Shown piece by piece: positions 9,978-19,714 of a stretch of DNA of 64,000 nucleotides. The DNA comes from Methanobacteriota archaeon (GTDB lineage Archaea; Thermoplasmatota; E2; DHVEG-1). Both the position numbers and the translations under genes were made by a program. Each line of letters begins with the position of its first letter. Positions within the stretch are counted from its first letter, which is position 1. The stretch lies in contig CAVYNH010000004.1 of assembly GCA_963769885.1 (NCBI GenBank), forward strand, positions 140,495 through 204,494, given 5' to 3'. The notes below the pieces were generated by a model, which was not told the DNA's origin, searched no databases, and worked only from the letters and a program-made list of their open reading frames with translations.

Positions 9978-10086
9978 ATTTCATAATTAATTTGTTGTTT
10001 TTCCTTGGTGTTCTCCTGGTACAATTAAATATTACTATTCCAATACTCATAAATAGAGCAAGGACTTATAATGTTGAGGGGTTGCT

Positions 10087-11940
10087 ATGGCTCATCACGA
10101 CAAATCCCGGATCCTCATTTTATTAACGGCCCTAGTCATGATCAGTGCCTGCAGCGCCCAAGGATCATCACCAAAAGCCTCCAATATGGGTGAAGCCGGA
10201 GGGAAAGTTTTTGACGGGCAGATCCTGTTCTCCCCCTATTATACGACGACCACCTATTTGATCGATAGCAGCGGGACAGTGAATCATACGTGGCCAAGCG
10301 CGTATCGTCCCTTCACGGAGCCCTATTGGCTGGGGAATGGGACCATCCTTCGCCCCATCAGCTCCGGCGGCGGAGGCGTGCAAGAAATCCGCTGGGATGG
10401 GACCCTGGCATGGGACTATCGGTATACCGTCTCCGGGTGCACCTGCCACCATGACATCAAGTACCTCCCGAACGGAAACGTGCTCATGATCGTGTGGGAG
10501 ACAAAAACGAAGAACGAGGCCATTGCCGCCGGTCGGAATCCGGCGACCATCTCAGGGAGCACATTTACCTCCGATAAAATCATCGAGGTGCAGCCGACCG
10601 GCCCGACAAGCGGGACGGTCGTCTGGGAGTGGCACGTCTGGGACCATCTCATCCAGGATTTCGACGCCTCAAAGGCGAATTACGGGGTGGTCGGCGATCA
10701 CCCTGAACTGATTGACGTGAATTTTGGCGACGATTTCGTCGGCGACTGGCTGCATACCAATTCCGTTGATTACGACCCCCAGTTCAATCAACTCCTCATT
10801 GACAGCCATAACTTTGACGAGGTCTGGGTCATCGACCATAACACGACCACGGCGGAGGCCGCGGGCCACAGCGGTGGGCACTACGGGCATGGCGGAGACT
10901 TGCTCTACCGATGGGGAAATCCGCAAGCGTACCGACGGGGCACCTCCAGTGATCAAAAGTTATACTGGCAGCATGACGCCTCATGGATAGAACCTGGGTA
11001 TCCCGGTGCGGGACATGTCCTGGTGTTCAACAACGGCTACAACCGCCCGGGCACGAAATATTCGACCGTGGATGAGTTCGCGCCGCCGATCGATTCTAAC
11101 GGTGTGTATTATCTCGCGCCAGGGTCTTCCTATGGGCCTGCTGATTTCTTCTGGGACTTTACCGCGACTCCGCCCACCTCGCTGTATTCAACCGTGTTCG
11201 GCGGCGCCCTGCGCCTCACGAACGGGAATACGTTGATCTGCGATGGGATCCCGGGGAAGTTCTTGGAGGTGACCCCGGATAAGACCGTGGTCTGGCAGTG
11301 GACGAACCCGTATCCGAGTGCAGGTCAGAACAGCGTGTTCAAGATCGATTATATTCCCCATGATATCCCACCAAGTCCACCCCAAATAACAGGCCCGACG
11401 ACGGGAAAAGTCGGGGTTGCGGCACAGTATAATTTCACGGCCATTGACCCTGACGGGGAGGACATCTTCTACTGCATCGATTGGGGCGACCAGACGACTC
11501 CTACCTGGCTTGGCCCCTACCACTCTGGCCATGAGATACCCATGAATCACACCTGGGCTCAGACAGGGTTGTACTCGATCAGGGCGAAGGCGAAGGATGG
11601 CCACGGGGAAAGCGACTGGTCGGACCCGTTCGTGGTCACTATTATTGGTTCGATGCTCGAAACCAACATCGTGGGAGGCATTGGCGTCAAGGCAGTCATC
11701 GCGAACACGGGGGCATCGGACGCCATCGGTGTGCAATGGAAAATCAACGTTGAAGGCGGTGTCGCTGGGAGTATCAATAAGACGATGACCGGCACAGTGG
11801 ACATCCCGTCGCAACAATCGAAGACGGTGAGGACAGGCGTGTTCTTTGGGTTTGGGCCAATTAGCATAACAGTGATCGTCGATGGCGAGGAAACGACTGC
11901 AGAAGGAGCATATCTATTCGTCTTTTCGACGATAAAATGA
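10087..11940 (+). CDS. secreted lipoprotein-like aryl-sulfotransferase (ASST)-like beta-propeller protein with C-terminal PKD-variant (IDWGD) domain
   Basis: A signal peptide with a Cys precedes propeller-type repeats (HHDIKYLPNGN, WEWHVWDH, LHTNSVDYDP). The C-terminal module is DPDGEDIFYCIDWGDQTT..WLGPYHSG..HTW..GLYSIRAKAKDGHGESDWS. The ASST assignment is tentative. Confidence 0.45.
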   Translation: MAHHDKSRILILLTALVMISACSAQGSSPKASNMGEAGGKVFDGQILFSPYYTTTTYLIDSSGTVNHTWPSAYRPFTEPYWLGNGTILRPISSGGGGVQEIRWDGTLAWDYRYTVSGCTCHHDIKYLPNGNVLMIVWETKTKNEAIAAGRNPATISGSTFTSDKIIEVQPTGPTSGTVVWEWHVWDHLIQDFDASKANYGVVGDHPELIDVNFGDDFVGDWLHTNSVDYDPQFNQLLIDSHNFDEVWVIDHNTTTAEAAGHSGGHYGHGGDLLYRWGNPQAYRRGTSSDQKLYWQHDASWIEPGYPGAGHVLVFNNGYNRPGTKYSTVDEFAPPIDSNGVYYLAPGSSYGPADFFWDFTATPPTSLYSTVFGGALRLTNGNTLICDGIPGKFLEVTPDKTVVWQWTNPYPSAGQNSVFKIDYIPHDIPPSPPQITGPTTGKVGVAAQYNFTAIDPDGEDIFYCIDWGDQTTPTWLGPYHSGHEIPMNHTWAQTGLYSIRAKAKDGHGESDWSDPFVVTIIGSMLETNIVGGIGVKAVIANTGASDAIGVQWKINVEGGVAGSINKTMTGTVDIPSQQSKTVRTGVFFGFGPISITVIVDGEETTAEGAYLFVFSTIK

Positions 11941-12145
11941 AAAAAGGTTCAGTCATCCGTTGACCCGTTGGAATCTGGGAAGCATCTGAAGTCTCAGGGG
12001 CTCCTTCCGATTTCTGGCATGCTTCGATTTTTGGGGAATAATTTCAAGCGTACCCAATATCGCAATATTCAATAGATCACTTTTAAACCCTGCAAGGCAT
12101 ATTATACTTCGAGCTAGGTAAGCGCATTCATCTGTTAATCCTCAA

Positions 12146-12200
12146 AGAATCTGAACCCAGGGCTTAGCTCTTGCCCCCTACTCTCTAGTACAATTATCAA
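12146..12200. repeat. conserved intergenic element, family B copy 2
   Basis: aatctgaacccagggcttagctcttgccccctactctctagtacaattatc aligns with 8781..8840. Confidence 0.55.
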
Positions 12201-12290
12201 ATTTTATTACCTGTGTGAATCCGGTTCGTAGATAGGTAGATTAATAAATGAAATCTTCTATTTTAATTAACAACATACGGGGGATACTTC

Positions 12291-14234
12291 ATGAACAAGA
12301 AATGGTTCAGTCTCGTGGTATTGTTCCTATTATGCACGACGAGCTATGTCTGCGTCACCGCCAGCCAACCAGCAAGCTCTGACCCAGGAACGTCCTATAG
12401 GCTTCGTCTACACACTAAGGATGCACCTCGAGTCGCCGCTCAATTCATCAAAGAAGGATACGACGTCCTGGATGGAACCGTCACCGAAAACTCTTTTGAA
12501 CTCATCTGCCAGCCGCCTGTCTATCAGCGATTGCAGGCGCTGCAATACAACATGGATGTGCTTGCTCGTGGACAACCATTCAGCGAGATCCAACGCGAAC
12601 TGAACCAAGGGTCGACGCTTCCAGTGCCCCCCGGGTATCCAACGCTGGCTGAAATCCTCAATCAACTGAACACTACCGCGGCCGCGAACCCCTCCATCTG
12701 CAAGGTCTACAACCTCACGACAACCTACGGCACCAACGTGACCTATGAAGGCAGACATATGTGGGCGTTGAAGATCTCGGACAACGTCGCCGTCGATGAA
12801 GACGAGCCGAACTTCCTCAACGTCGGCAACTACCATGCCCGTGAAATCGTCACCCCGGTGCTCATCCTCTACGCCATTAACCAAATGGTCAGCGGCTATG
12901 GGACGAACCCGACAATCACCGGCATCGTCGACAATTATGAGCTCTGGTATGCTCCCACATGGAACCCCGACGGCTACAACTACGTCTACAACGTCGACAA
13001 CATGTGGCGGAAGAACCGCCATCCCTACCCGCCTGGTGTCGGTGTCGACCTGAACCGGAACTATAATATCGGCTGGAACGTCGCTGGCAGCACCGATCCT
13101 ACCTCTGAGGAGTACCGGGGTCCATTTGTTGCCTCGGAATCCGAGACGCAGACGATGGTCGCCTTCAACAACAACCGGCATTTCGCGAAAGTCCTGGATT
13201 ACCACTCCTCCGGCCGCGAGACCCTCTATGGTTACCTGACGTTGACCCACCCCTTCATCAGCTGGCTGCAGTCTGAGGCGGTGCAACTCTCGACACAGTC
13301 TGGGTATGGTGGTTCGGTTCGCCCGCCAAGTTCCGAAGGTGAAAACTACGAATGGCAGCTTGCCTGCAACGGCTCGTATTCGAACCTGATCGAGACCGCG
13401 ACCGATTTCCAGCCGTCCTACGCCAGCGCGCAGGCAGAGGCGGTCATGGTGTGGCCCGGGCAGTTGTGGATGCTGCAGCGGCCAATCTCCGTCAGCGGCC
13501 ATGTGACGAACGCGGTGACGGGCGCGCCCGTCGTCGCCTCCATCGTCCTTCAAGGCGTGAACTTCCAGAACGGGGAGTATTACCGCAGCGAGCATCGCTT
13601 TGGACGGTACCATCTTTTCCTGCCTCCAGCGACGTATACCCTCAATATTTCTGCCCCCGGGTACTTCTCGCAGACGCAGCAGGTGACGGTCACGCAGTCT
13701 AGTGCTGAAATCATCGAGATTCACCTTGCTCCGCTGAACGCGCCGCCGTCCAAGCCTGATATTACAGGTCCTACCTCTGGGCTTACCGACGAGCAGTTGG
13801 AGTACCGGTTCTCCTCCATTGACCCCGATAACGACACGATTTCTTACTCGATTGATTGGGGCGATGGGACCGCGCCGGTCTGGCTTGGCCCGTATCCATC
13901 CGGGTTCGAGGCGAATACGACGCATCAGTGGGTCTCTGCGGGAACGTACCCGGTGAAGGTCAAGGCCAAGGACCAAGTGGGTGCCGAGAGCAACTGGTCC
14001 ACGTCATTGTACGTGCATATCAACGCCTTCAAGCGGGCATTCGTCTTCGGGCTCATCTCGGAGAAGAACCAGACTAGTGAACTGATTACCTTCAAGGCGA
14101 AGTTCCTCCTGGTGCTGCCGTCGACGTCGATGCTGTACCATGCCGGTCAGACCATCGAGGTCTCCACTGATGGGAAGCTTGGCTTCATCGGTGAACATTT
14201 CGCCGCCGGATTCTTCAAGACATTGGTTCTTTGA
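12291..14234 (+). CDS. secreted zinc carboxypeptidase, peptidase family M14, with carboxypeptidase-regulatory-like and PKD-variant C-terminal domains
   Basis: A signal peptide is followed by the HxxE motif YHAREIV, NPDGY and DLNRNY, which are M14 signatures. A transthyretin-like block (SGHVTNAVTGAPV...) follows. The C-terminal module is IDPDNDTISYSIDWGDGTAPVWLGPYPSG...VKVKAKD. Confidence 0.7.
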   Translation: MNKKWFSLVVLFLLCTTSYVCVTASQPASSDPGTSYRLRLHTKDAPRVAAQFIKEGYDVLDGTVTENSFELICQPPVYQRLQALQYNMDVLARGQPFSEIQRELNQGSTLPVPPGYPTLAEILNQLNTTAAANPSICKVYNLTTTYGTNVTYEGRHMWALKISDNVAVDEDEPNFLNVGNYHAREIVTPVLILYAINQMVSGYGTNPTITGIVDNYELWYAPTWNPDGYNYVYNVDNMWRKNRHPYPPGVGVDLNRNYNIGWNVAGSTDPTSEEYRGPFVASESETQTMVAFNNNRHFAKVLDYHSSGRETLYGYLTLTHPFISWLQSEAVQLSTQSGYGGSVRPPSSEGENYEWQLACNGSYSNLIETATDFQPSYASAQAEAVMVWPGQLWMLQRPISVSGHVTNAVTGAPVVASIVLQGVNFQNGEYYRSEHRFGRYHLFLPPATYTLNISAPGYFSQTQQVTVTQSSAEIIEIHLAPLNAPPSKPDITGPTSGLTDEQLEYRFSSIDPDNDTISYSIDWGDGTAPVWLGPYPSGFEANTTHQWVSAGTYPVKVKAKDQVGAESNWSTSLYVHINAFKRAFVFGLISEKNQTSELITFKAKFLLVLPSTSMLYHAGQTIEVSTDGKLGFIGEHFAAGFFKTLVL

Positions 14235-14327
14235 AGAAAAAAATTTGACTCGAAGGATTGATACCCTTAGATCTAAATGGATAGAATTCATAATGAATTA
14301 ACACCCTGAGCGAGGGAGGGAGAACGT

Positions 14328-15974
14328 ATGAAAAAGAATCTCTGGGTCTTGATTGTCTGCCTGCTGCTGATAACATCGACTTTCACCTTCATCTCTTCGA
14401 CCATTGAGCCTGAAAAGAACGTCCGCGCCAATGAGGCGGCCGTGACCAAGGACTGCGGATGCGGTTTGGAGGATGAATCCGTTAGTCAAGAACCGGTTCG
14501 CACTCAGATTCTTGTGGATGAAACTGTCGGCGAGTCCGGAAGACCCGCGCCAGCCAGCGACTTACCCGCGTCTTTCAGCTGGTTAGACATGAATGGATCA
14601 GACTGGACGACGCCTGCCAAAGACCAAGGGAGCTGCGGCAGCTGCTGGGACTTCGCCGCGATCGGGGCGCTGGAAAGCATCATCCAGATCCAGGAGGGAT
14701 GCCCCGGGCTGCGGCTCGACCTCTCCGAGCAATACGTGCTGTCCTGCCTGCATGCGGCGGGAAGCTGCAAGGGCGGATGGGCGTATAACGCGTTCAAGTA
14801 CATCAAGAGCAACTCCTCAGCCGGGAATTTCTGCAATGGCATCATCCCAGAGTTTTGCTTCCCCTATCAGGTCAATGACGATGTCCCCTGTGCGAACGCC
14901 AGCCCCGACTGGAGATCGTTTCTCATCCCGATCACGAACTATGGCCGATGGGCTGCGAACGGCAGCGCTCAGGCCCGCGACGTGATAAAGACTCAGGTCA
15001 TGACTTTTGGGCCGGTTGCCGCCACGATGCTGTGCACCTATTATATCCATGGCGATGGAAATCTGGAGGAATGGGGCTATATGCACCATGATCCGACGGA
15101 GTACTATGCCTATCCGGGGCCATACACGGGCACGAACCACCAGGTGGTCATCGTCGGCTGGAAGGACGACGCCTCCATCCCGCACGGTGGCTATTGGATC
15201 GTGAAGAACAGTTTCGGCCCGGAATGGGGGTATGACGGGTTCTTCAACCTCGAGTACGGCAGCCTGCGGATCGATGCGGCGGATATCGACTGGGTGGAGT
15301 ACAACCCGGCGAACTACAGTAACTGGGTGCCGGTCGCCCAAATCGTGACCCAAGGGGCTGCATCCATGGACCAAGCGATCACGTTCAATGGGAGCACCAG
15401 TTTTGACCATGAAGGCAGCATCGTTTCATATCAATGGGACCTGGGCGATGGGACGAGCCAGCCCGGTCCGGTTGTCTCGCATTTGTATGCGAGCCCGGGG
15501 ATCTATCGGGTGACGCTGACGGTTACAGATAATGATAACAATACGGGGTCGCAGTCGGTGTGGGCGTATGTCGACAAGGTGAACCATCCACCAAAGACGC
15601 CGACGCTGCGAGGCCGGCGGTACGTGCAGCCGAATGAGACGTATTCGTATACGTTTTTCTCTGCTGATCCGGACGGCGACGACGTTTCCTATTATCTCAA
15701 TTGGGGGGATACGTACTGGTTTGGTGGAGCGGCGGGGTGGCTTGGCCCGTATCATAGCGGTCAGAAGGTGACCTTGGACAAGAACTGGACGGATAAGGCG
15801 AATTATACGGTGCGCGTCAAAGCCGCTGATCAGTACGGGGCGAAGAGCGGGTGGGCGACTCTGAAGGTCTCCAGTTCCGCTGTCTCAGTGGTCCCGGAGA
15901 ACGGGTTCTGGGCGCAGTTCTTCGAGCGGTTCCCGCATGCGTTCCCGGTCCTGCGGCGCCTCTTGGGGTATTGA
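14328..15974 (+). CDS. secreted papain-like cysteine peptidase (family C1) with canonical PKD plus PKD-variant C-terminal domains
   Basis: A signal peptide is followed by QGSCGSCWDFAAIGALES (catalytic Cys), His in NHQVVIVGW and Asn in YWIVKNSFGPEWG. One PKD domain follows (WDLGDGTS...YRVTLTVTD), then ADPDGDDVSYYLNWGD...WLGPYHSG...VRVKAAD. Confidence 0.7.
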   Translation: MKKNLWVLIVCLLLITSTFTFISSTIEPEKNVRANEAAVTKDCGCGLEDESVSQEPVRTQILVDETVGESGRPAPASDLPASFSWLDMNGSDWTTPAKDQGSCGSCWDFAAIGALESIIQIQEGCPGLRLDLSEQYVLSCLHAAGSCKGGWAYNAFKYIKSNSSAGNFCNGIIPEFCFPYQVNDDVPCANASPDWRSFLIPITNYGRWAANGSAQARDVIKTQVMTFGPVAATMLCTYYIHGDGNLEEWGYMHHDPTEYYAYPGPYTGTNHQVVIVGWKDDASIPHGGYWIVKNSFGPEWGYDGFFNLEYGSLRIDAADIDWVEYNPANYSNWVPVAQIVTQGAASMDQAITFNGSTSFDHEGSIVSYQWDLGDGTSQPGPVVSHLYASPGIYRVTLTVTDNDNNTGSQSVWAYVDKVNHPPKTPTLRGRRYVQPNETYSYTFFSADPDGDDVSYYLNWGDTYWFGGAAGWLGPYHSGQKVTLDKNWTDKANYTVRVKAADQYGAKSGWATLKVSSSAVSVVPENGFWAQFFERFPHAFPVLRRLLGY

Positions 15975-15976
15975 GA

Positions 15977-16065
15977 CCCCCCTTTCTTTTTTTCCTTTTC
16001 CTTGATGAGAGTTGATGAACGAGCAAGAAAAAGGGGGAAGTCCCCGGGTTTAGCGGCCGGGGGAC
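15977..16065. terminator. bidirectional terminator region: oligo-T tract immediately after the stop at 15974, plus GC hairpin gtccccgg/ccgggggac at 16040..16065, between convergent genes
   Basis: A T-rich run (ctttctttttttccttttcc) sits next to an 8-9 bp GC stem between convergent ORFs. Confidence 0.4.
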
Positions 16066-16081
16066 TGCGGGGGTGATCTCG

Positions 16082-18034
16082 TTATTGGGCGTAGCCGCCG
16101 ATCATGAGGCTGGGGTCGCCGAGGGCGAGCCATTCCTCGACGGTTTTGGTGTCTGCCTGGTCTGCCATGCCTGGGTAGACGTTCAGGTATCGGGTTATGG
16201 AACCGCTCCAGGCGTTGCCGAGGGTCTTAATCGTGCTGGCGTTGTAGGCTTGCAGGAAAGTGCGTTCGATGAAACCGCCGAGTACTTGGTAGCAGGCTGG
16301 TTCCCCGTTCACGTCTCCGATGCCGCCATAGCCGAGGCCGGTGTTGCCCATCACCGCGATGGCGCCGCCGCCTATTTTCGCCATCATCCATTCGCTCCAG
16401 CACCGCGGTGTAGGTGATCCATGGGTCCAGCTGTGGGTGTTATTCTTGTCCAGGGACCACAGGAGGGAGATGTTAATCATGCTGTTGTGGCAGCCGCCGA
16501 CGAGGCAAATCGGGAGTTTTTCGCGGTTGAACAGGGTCATCATATTGTAGATGTGGAGTCCGCCGGGGGTGTGTCCGCTTTTCCAGGTAAATTCGTCATG
16601 CCAGTGGGTGTTCCAGGCGGTGGGGCTGCCGTGGCCGTCGAAGTGGAGGAATCCGCAGCCTGCCGTGATTTCCCGCTCGATGTTCCTTGGGGTGGGCGTC
16701 GAGGTGTTGGTGATGTTACGGTTGGAGGCAAAAAGGTTGATGGCGGTGAAGGTGGGGAGGGATTCGTTGTGGCAGTAAAGGGTTGCGACTTCTCCTTCGT
16801 TGTAGTCGCCGGTGGTGGTGTCATTGAAGGAGTCGCCGCCGACGAGAACCTCTTTGTTGAACCAGGTGGGGTCCGCTTGGGTTGCCTCGTAGGTGATGAT
16901 CTTTTTAACCATAATTTTGAGTTCCGGTGCGTTGCGGCAGGCGAGTCGTCCGACGGCGACGTCCGGGTAGAGGTCGAGGATATCTTTGCCGGCGCCGTTC
17001 CATTTGGCGTAGATGTGGTCGCCATTGGTGTCCCAGCTGGAGAAGTTGCCGTTGCTGTCGTAGATGTCTGCGAAGTAGAGGTCGCTGACGAGGCCGGGGT
17101 CGTAGACGGTGCCGCCTTCGTTAATGTTGGCGTAACGGACGGGGCAGTACCAGGTTTTGACGCCGGCGTTGGCGTTGTCGCGGCCGCCCTTGCCGAAGAT
17201 GTAGCCTTTCATGCCGCCGATGAGCAGGACGTAGGAGGTGTTCCAGGCGTCCACGGCGTGTTTGATGAAGTACTTGATCTTCTCGGGTTTGTCGTAGCCC
17301 GTGTATTGTTTGTAGATATCCTCGAGGGTCATGATGGTGGTGTTGACGCCGTGGCCGATCTTCGCGGTGGCGAGGGGTTCGAGGATGTTAGTGAATTTCT
17401 TGGGGGTGATGATGACGAGGTCGTAGCCGGTGCCGAAGGTCTTCGGGGTGGTTGGGGTTTGGTAGGTGATGGTGATAGTGGCATCCTGGAAGTATTGGAG
17501 GGTGTTGGCAGCGGGGTTGACGCCGGTGGGGAAGGTGCGGATGACGAGGAAGGTGGTGTGTGCGCCGTTGGCGTTCAGTCCGCAGCCGGTGCTATAGTCG
17601 AACCAGGCTGCGGGGTAGTACTGGTTAGATGTGTAGGCTTCGGGGTCCGCGTAGACTGTGAGAGGAGTGATTTGGTCTTCAGGGACGGCTTGTGGTGAGG
17701 GTTTGAGTGGTGCGGTGAGGGTGAGGGTTTCGGTGGTGTGTGGTGTGAGGGTGACGCTGGCGATGGTGGTGCCGAAGGGGAGTTCGAGGGTGGTGGTGGT
17801 CATGGGGATGGCGGGTTTGCCGTCGGCGATGAGGGCGTTGTCGGCGCCGGCGACGGTGAGTTCGGTGTAAGTGTGTGAGTCAATTGTGGTTAAGGCTGTG
17901 GTGGGCGTGGAGAAATGGAGGTTGATTGATTCTGTGGTGGTGGTCTGCTGGCCTGTTGTTAGTATGGTGAGTCCTCCGATGAGGAGTAGGACTACCGCTA
18001 GACAGGAGAGAGTTTTGCTCTGTATTTTTATCAC
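16082..18034 (-). CDS. secreted C25 (gingipain)-like cysteine peptidase with Thr-rich N-terminal linker
   Basis: Motifs are a signal peptide, YVLLIGG, FDGHGSP (His) and LVGGCHNS (Cys). It is a paralog of 6280..8604. Confidence 0.55.
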   Translation of the reverse strand: MIKIQSKTLSCLAVVLLLIGGLTILTTGQQTTTTESINLHFSTPTTALTTIDSHTYTELTVAGADNALIADGKPAIPMTTTTLELPFGTTIASVTLTPHTTETLTLTAPLKPSPQAVPEDQITPLTVYADPEAYTSNQYYPAAWFDYSTGCGLNANGAHTTFLVIRTFPTGVNPAANTLQYFQDATITITYQTPTTPKTFGTGYDLVIITPKKFTNILEPLATAKIGHGVNTTIMTLEDIYKQYTGYDKPEKIKYFIKHAVDAWNTSYVLLIGGMKGYIFGKGGRDNANAGVKTWYCPVRYANINEGGTVYDPGLVSDLYFADIYDSNGNFSSWDTNGDHIYAKWNGAGKDILDLYPDVAVGRLACRNAPELKIMVKKIITYEATQADPTWFNKEVLVGGDSFNDTTTGDYNEGEVATLYCHNESLPTFTAINLFASNRNITNTSTPTPRNIEREITAGCGFLHFDGHGSPTAWNTHWHDEFTWKSGHTPGGLHIYNMMTLFNREKLPICLVGGCHNSMINISLLWSLDKNNTHSWTHGSPTPRCWSEWMMAKIGGGAIAVMGNTGLGYGGIGDVNGEPACYQVLGGFIERTFLQAYNASTIKTLGNAWSGSITRYLNVYPGMADQADTKTVEEWLALGDPSLMIGGYAQ

Positions 18035-18123
18035 CCCTTGTACTGAGATACAGGTAGTTGAAGGAGATATAAATATTTATGTGAGAGATAAAATCTAGGG
18101 AGGGGGGATGTTTTATATTTCTC

Positions 18124-18666
18124 GTGGCGGATGCTGGGGGGATGGTGAAGTCGTCGTTGCCGTCGCCGGAGTCGTTTGTGAGGCGTGCGAGGGCTTTGGG
18201 GGCGGCGGATGCGAAAATCGTCGCTCCGAAGGACGTGTTCACGGCGGAGTGGGTGCGGGTGAAGTGCCAGTTCGGCTGCGACGGGTATGGGGAGCATTTG
18301 ACGTGCCCGCCGTTTTCGCCGACGCCGGCGCAGACTCGGAGGATCCTGGATGAGTACGAGGTCGCGGTGTTAATCCATTACGACTCGGAGGATTGGGAGG
18401 ACATCACGGGGGTCGTGGTGACGCTGGAGCGGGAGGCGTTCCTGGCCGGGTATTATAAGGCGTTGGGGCTGGGCTCTGGGCCGTGTACGCTGTGCGAGAC
18501 CTGTGATATCAAGAGGAGGTGCCGGCATCCTGAGGAGGCGCGGCCGTCGATGGAGGCGTGCGGCATCGATGTTTTTAAGACGGCGCGGGCGGCGGGGTTT
18601 CCCATCGAGGTTGTTAAGGATTATTCATGCCCGCAGAACTACTACGGGCTGCTGCTCCTCCAGTAA
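18124..18666 (+). CDS. predicted metal-binding protein (DUF2284-like, C-x-x-G...C-P-P motif)
   Basis: Motifs KCQFGCDGYGEHLTCPPF and CTLCETCD are present. The actual start is possibly the Met at 18142. Confidence 0.45.
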   Translation: MADAGGMVKSSLPSPESFVRRARALGAADAKIVAPKDVFTAEWVRVKCQFGCDGYGEHLTCPPFSPTPAQTRRILDEYEVAVLIHYDSEDWEDITGVVVTLEREAFLAGYYKALGLGSGPCTLCETCDIKRRCRHPEEARPSMEACGIDVFKTARAAGFPIEVVKDYSCPQNYYGLLLLQ

Positions 18667-18729
18667 ACCGCGGGGGGCAATCTTTAAATCCTGTTCTGAA
18701 TTGATGGCTGGTGGAGGTCGAATAGAAAT

Positions 18730-19707
18730 ATGTGGCTTCAATTGAGATTGTACTTGCTCGTCGCCTTGTTATTCGCCATCCTGTATGGGATTATCTTCGC
18801 GATCGGATGGCTCTTGGGGTTGACGGGATATTCGTTTTTCATCTTCTCCGGTTTCGCCGCGTTCGTGATGGTCCTGATCCAGTTCTTGATCGGGCCGAAG
18901 ATCGTGCAGTGGACGATGCGGGTTAAGTACGTGACCCCGGAGCAGTACCCCAAGCTGTACGCGATGGTCGGGGACCTGGCGAAGCAGGCGGGGCTGCCGA
19001 ACACGCCGAAGGTCGGCATCTCGCAGCTGCGGATTCCCAACGCGTTCGCCTTCGGGCGGACGAAGCGGGGCGCGCGCGTCTGCGTCACCCAGGGGATCCT
19101 GGACCTGTTGACCGATGATGAGCTGAAGGCGGTGCTGGGCCATGAAATCTCACACGTGCGCCACCGGGACGTCGCCGTGATCACGATGCTGAGCGTCATC
19201 CCGATGATCTTCTACATGATCTACATCTCGTTTTTCTGGGGCGGGATGGGGAATCGGGATCGCAACGGCGGCGGGACCGTGCTCGTCGGATTAGTCGCAT
19301 TGGCGGTGTACTTCATCACGAACCTCTTAGTCATGTACGGTTCGCGGATCCGGGAGTACTACGCGGACCAGGGCAGCGCGGAGCTCGGCTGCCAGCCGCG
19401 GTACCTCGCCACCGCGTTATACAAGTTGACGACGTGGAGTGCGAAGGCGCCCAAGCAGCTGATCAAGCAGACGGACGGGATGAAGGCGTTCTTCATCAAC
19501 AACCCGGGCCGGGCGATGGAGGAAGTCCGCGACTTCCAGGAGATCGACGTCACCAAGGACGGCGTCATCGACCAGAACAACCTGATGATGCTGGCCGGCA
19601 AGAAGATCAACCTGCGGGCGGGTGCCCGGTTCCTGGAGATCTTCGGGACGCATCCGAACGTGGTGAAGCGCATCAAGCACCTCGCCAGCCTGCAGTACGC
19701 CTCCTAA
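18730..19707 (+). CDS. htpX: zinc metalloprotease HtpX (peptidase M48)
   Basis: The HExxH motif GHEISHVRHRD sits between TM helices, and a downstream glutamate is present. Confidence 0.75.
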   Translation: MWLQLRLYLLVALLFAILYGIIFAIGWLLGLTGYSFFIFSGFAAFVMVLIQFLIGPKIVQWTMRVKYVTPEQYPKLYAMVGDLAKQAGLPNTPKVGISQLRIPNAFAFGRTKRGARVCVTQGILDLLTDDELKAVLGHEISHVRHRDVAVITMLSVIPMIFYMIYISFFWGGMGNRDRNGGGTVLVGLVALAVYFITNLLVMYGSRIREYYADQGSAELGCQPRYLATALYKLTTWSAKAPKQLIKQTDGMKAFFINNPGRAMEEVRDFQEIDVTKDGVIDQNNLMMLAGKKINLRAGARFLEIFGTHPNVVKRIKHLASLQYAS

Positions 19708-19714
19708 AGGCTAC

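Noticed and set aside
16421-17698. 425-aa plus-strand ORF, and 16540-17025 minus-strand alternative frame
   Set aside because: They are mirror frames of the 16082-18034 peptidase gene, as is typical in high-GC DNA.
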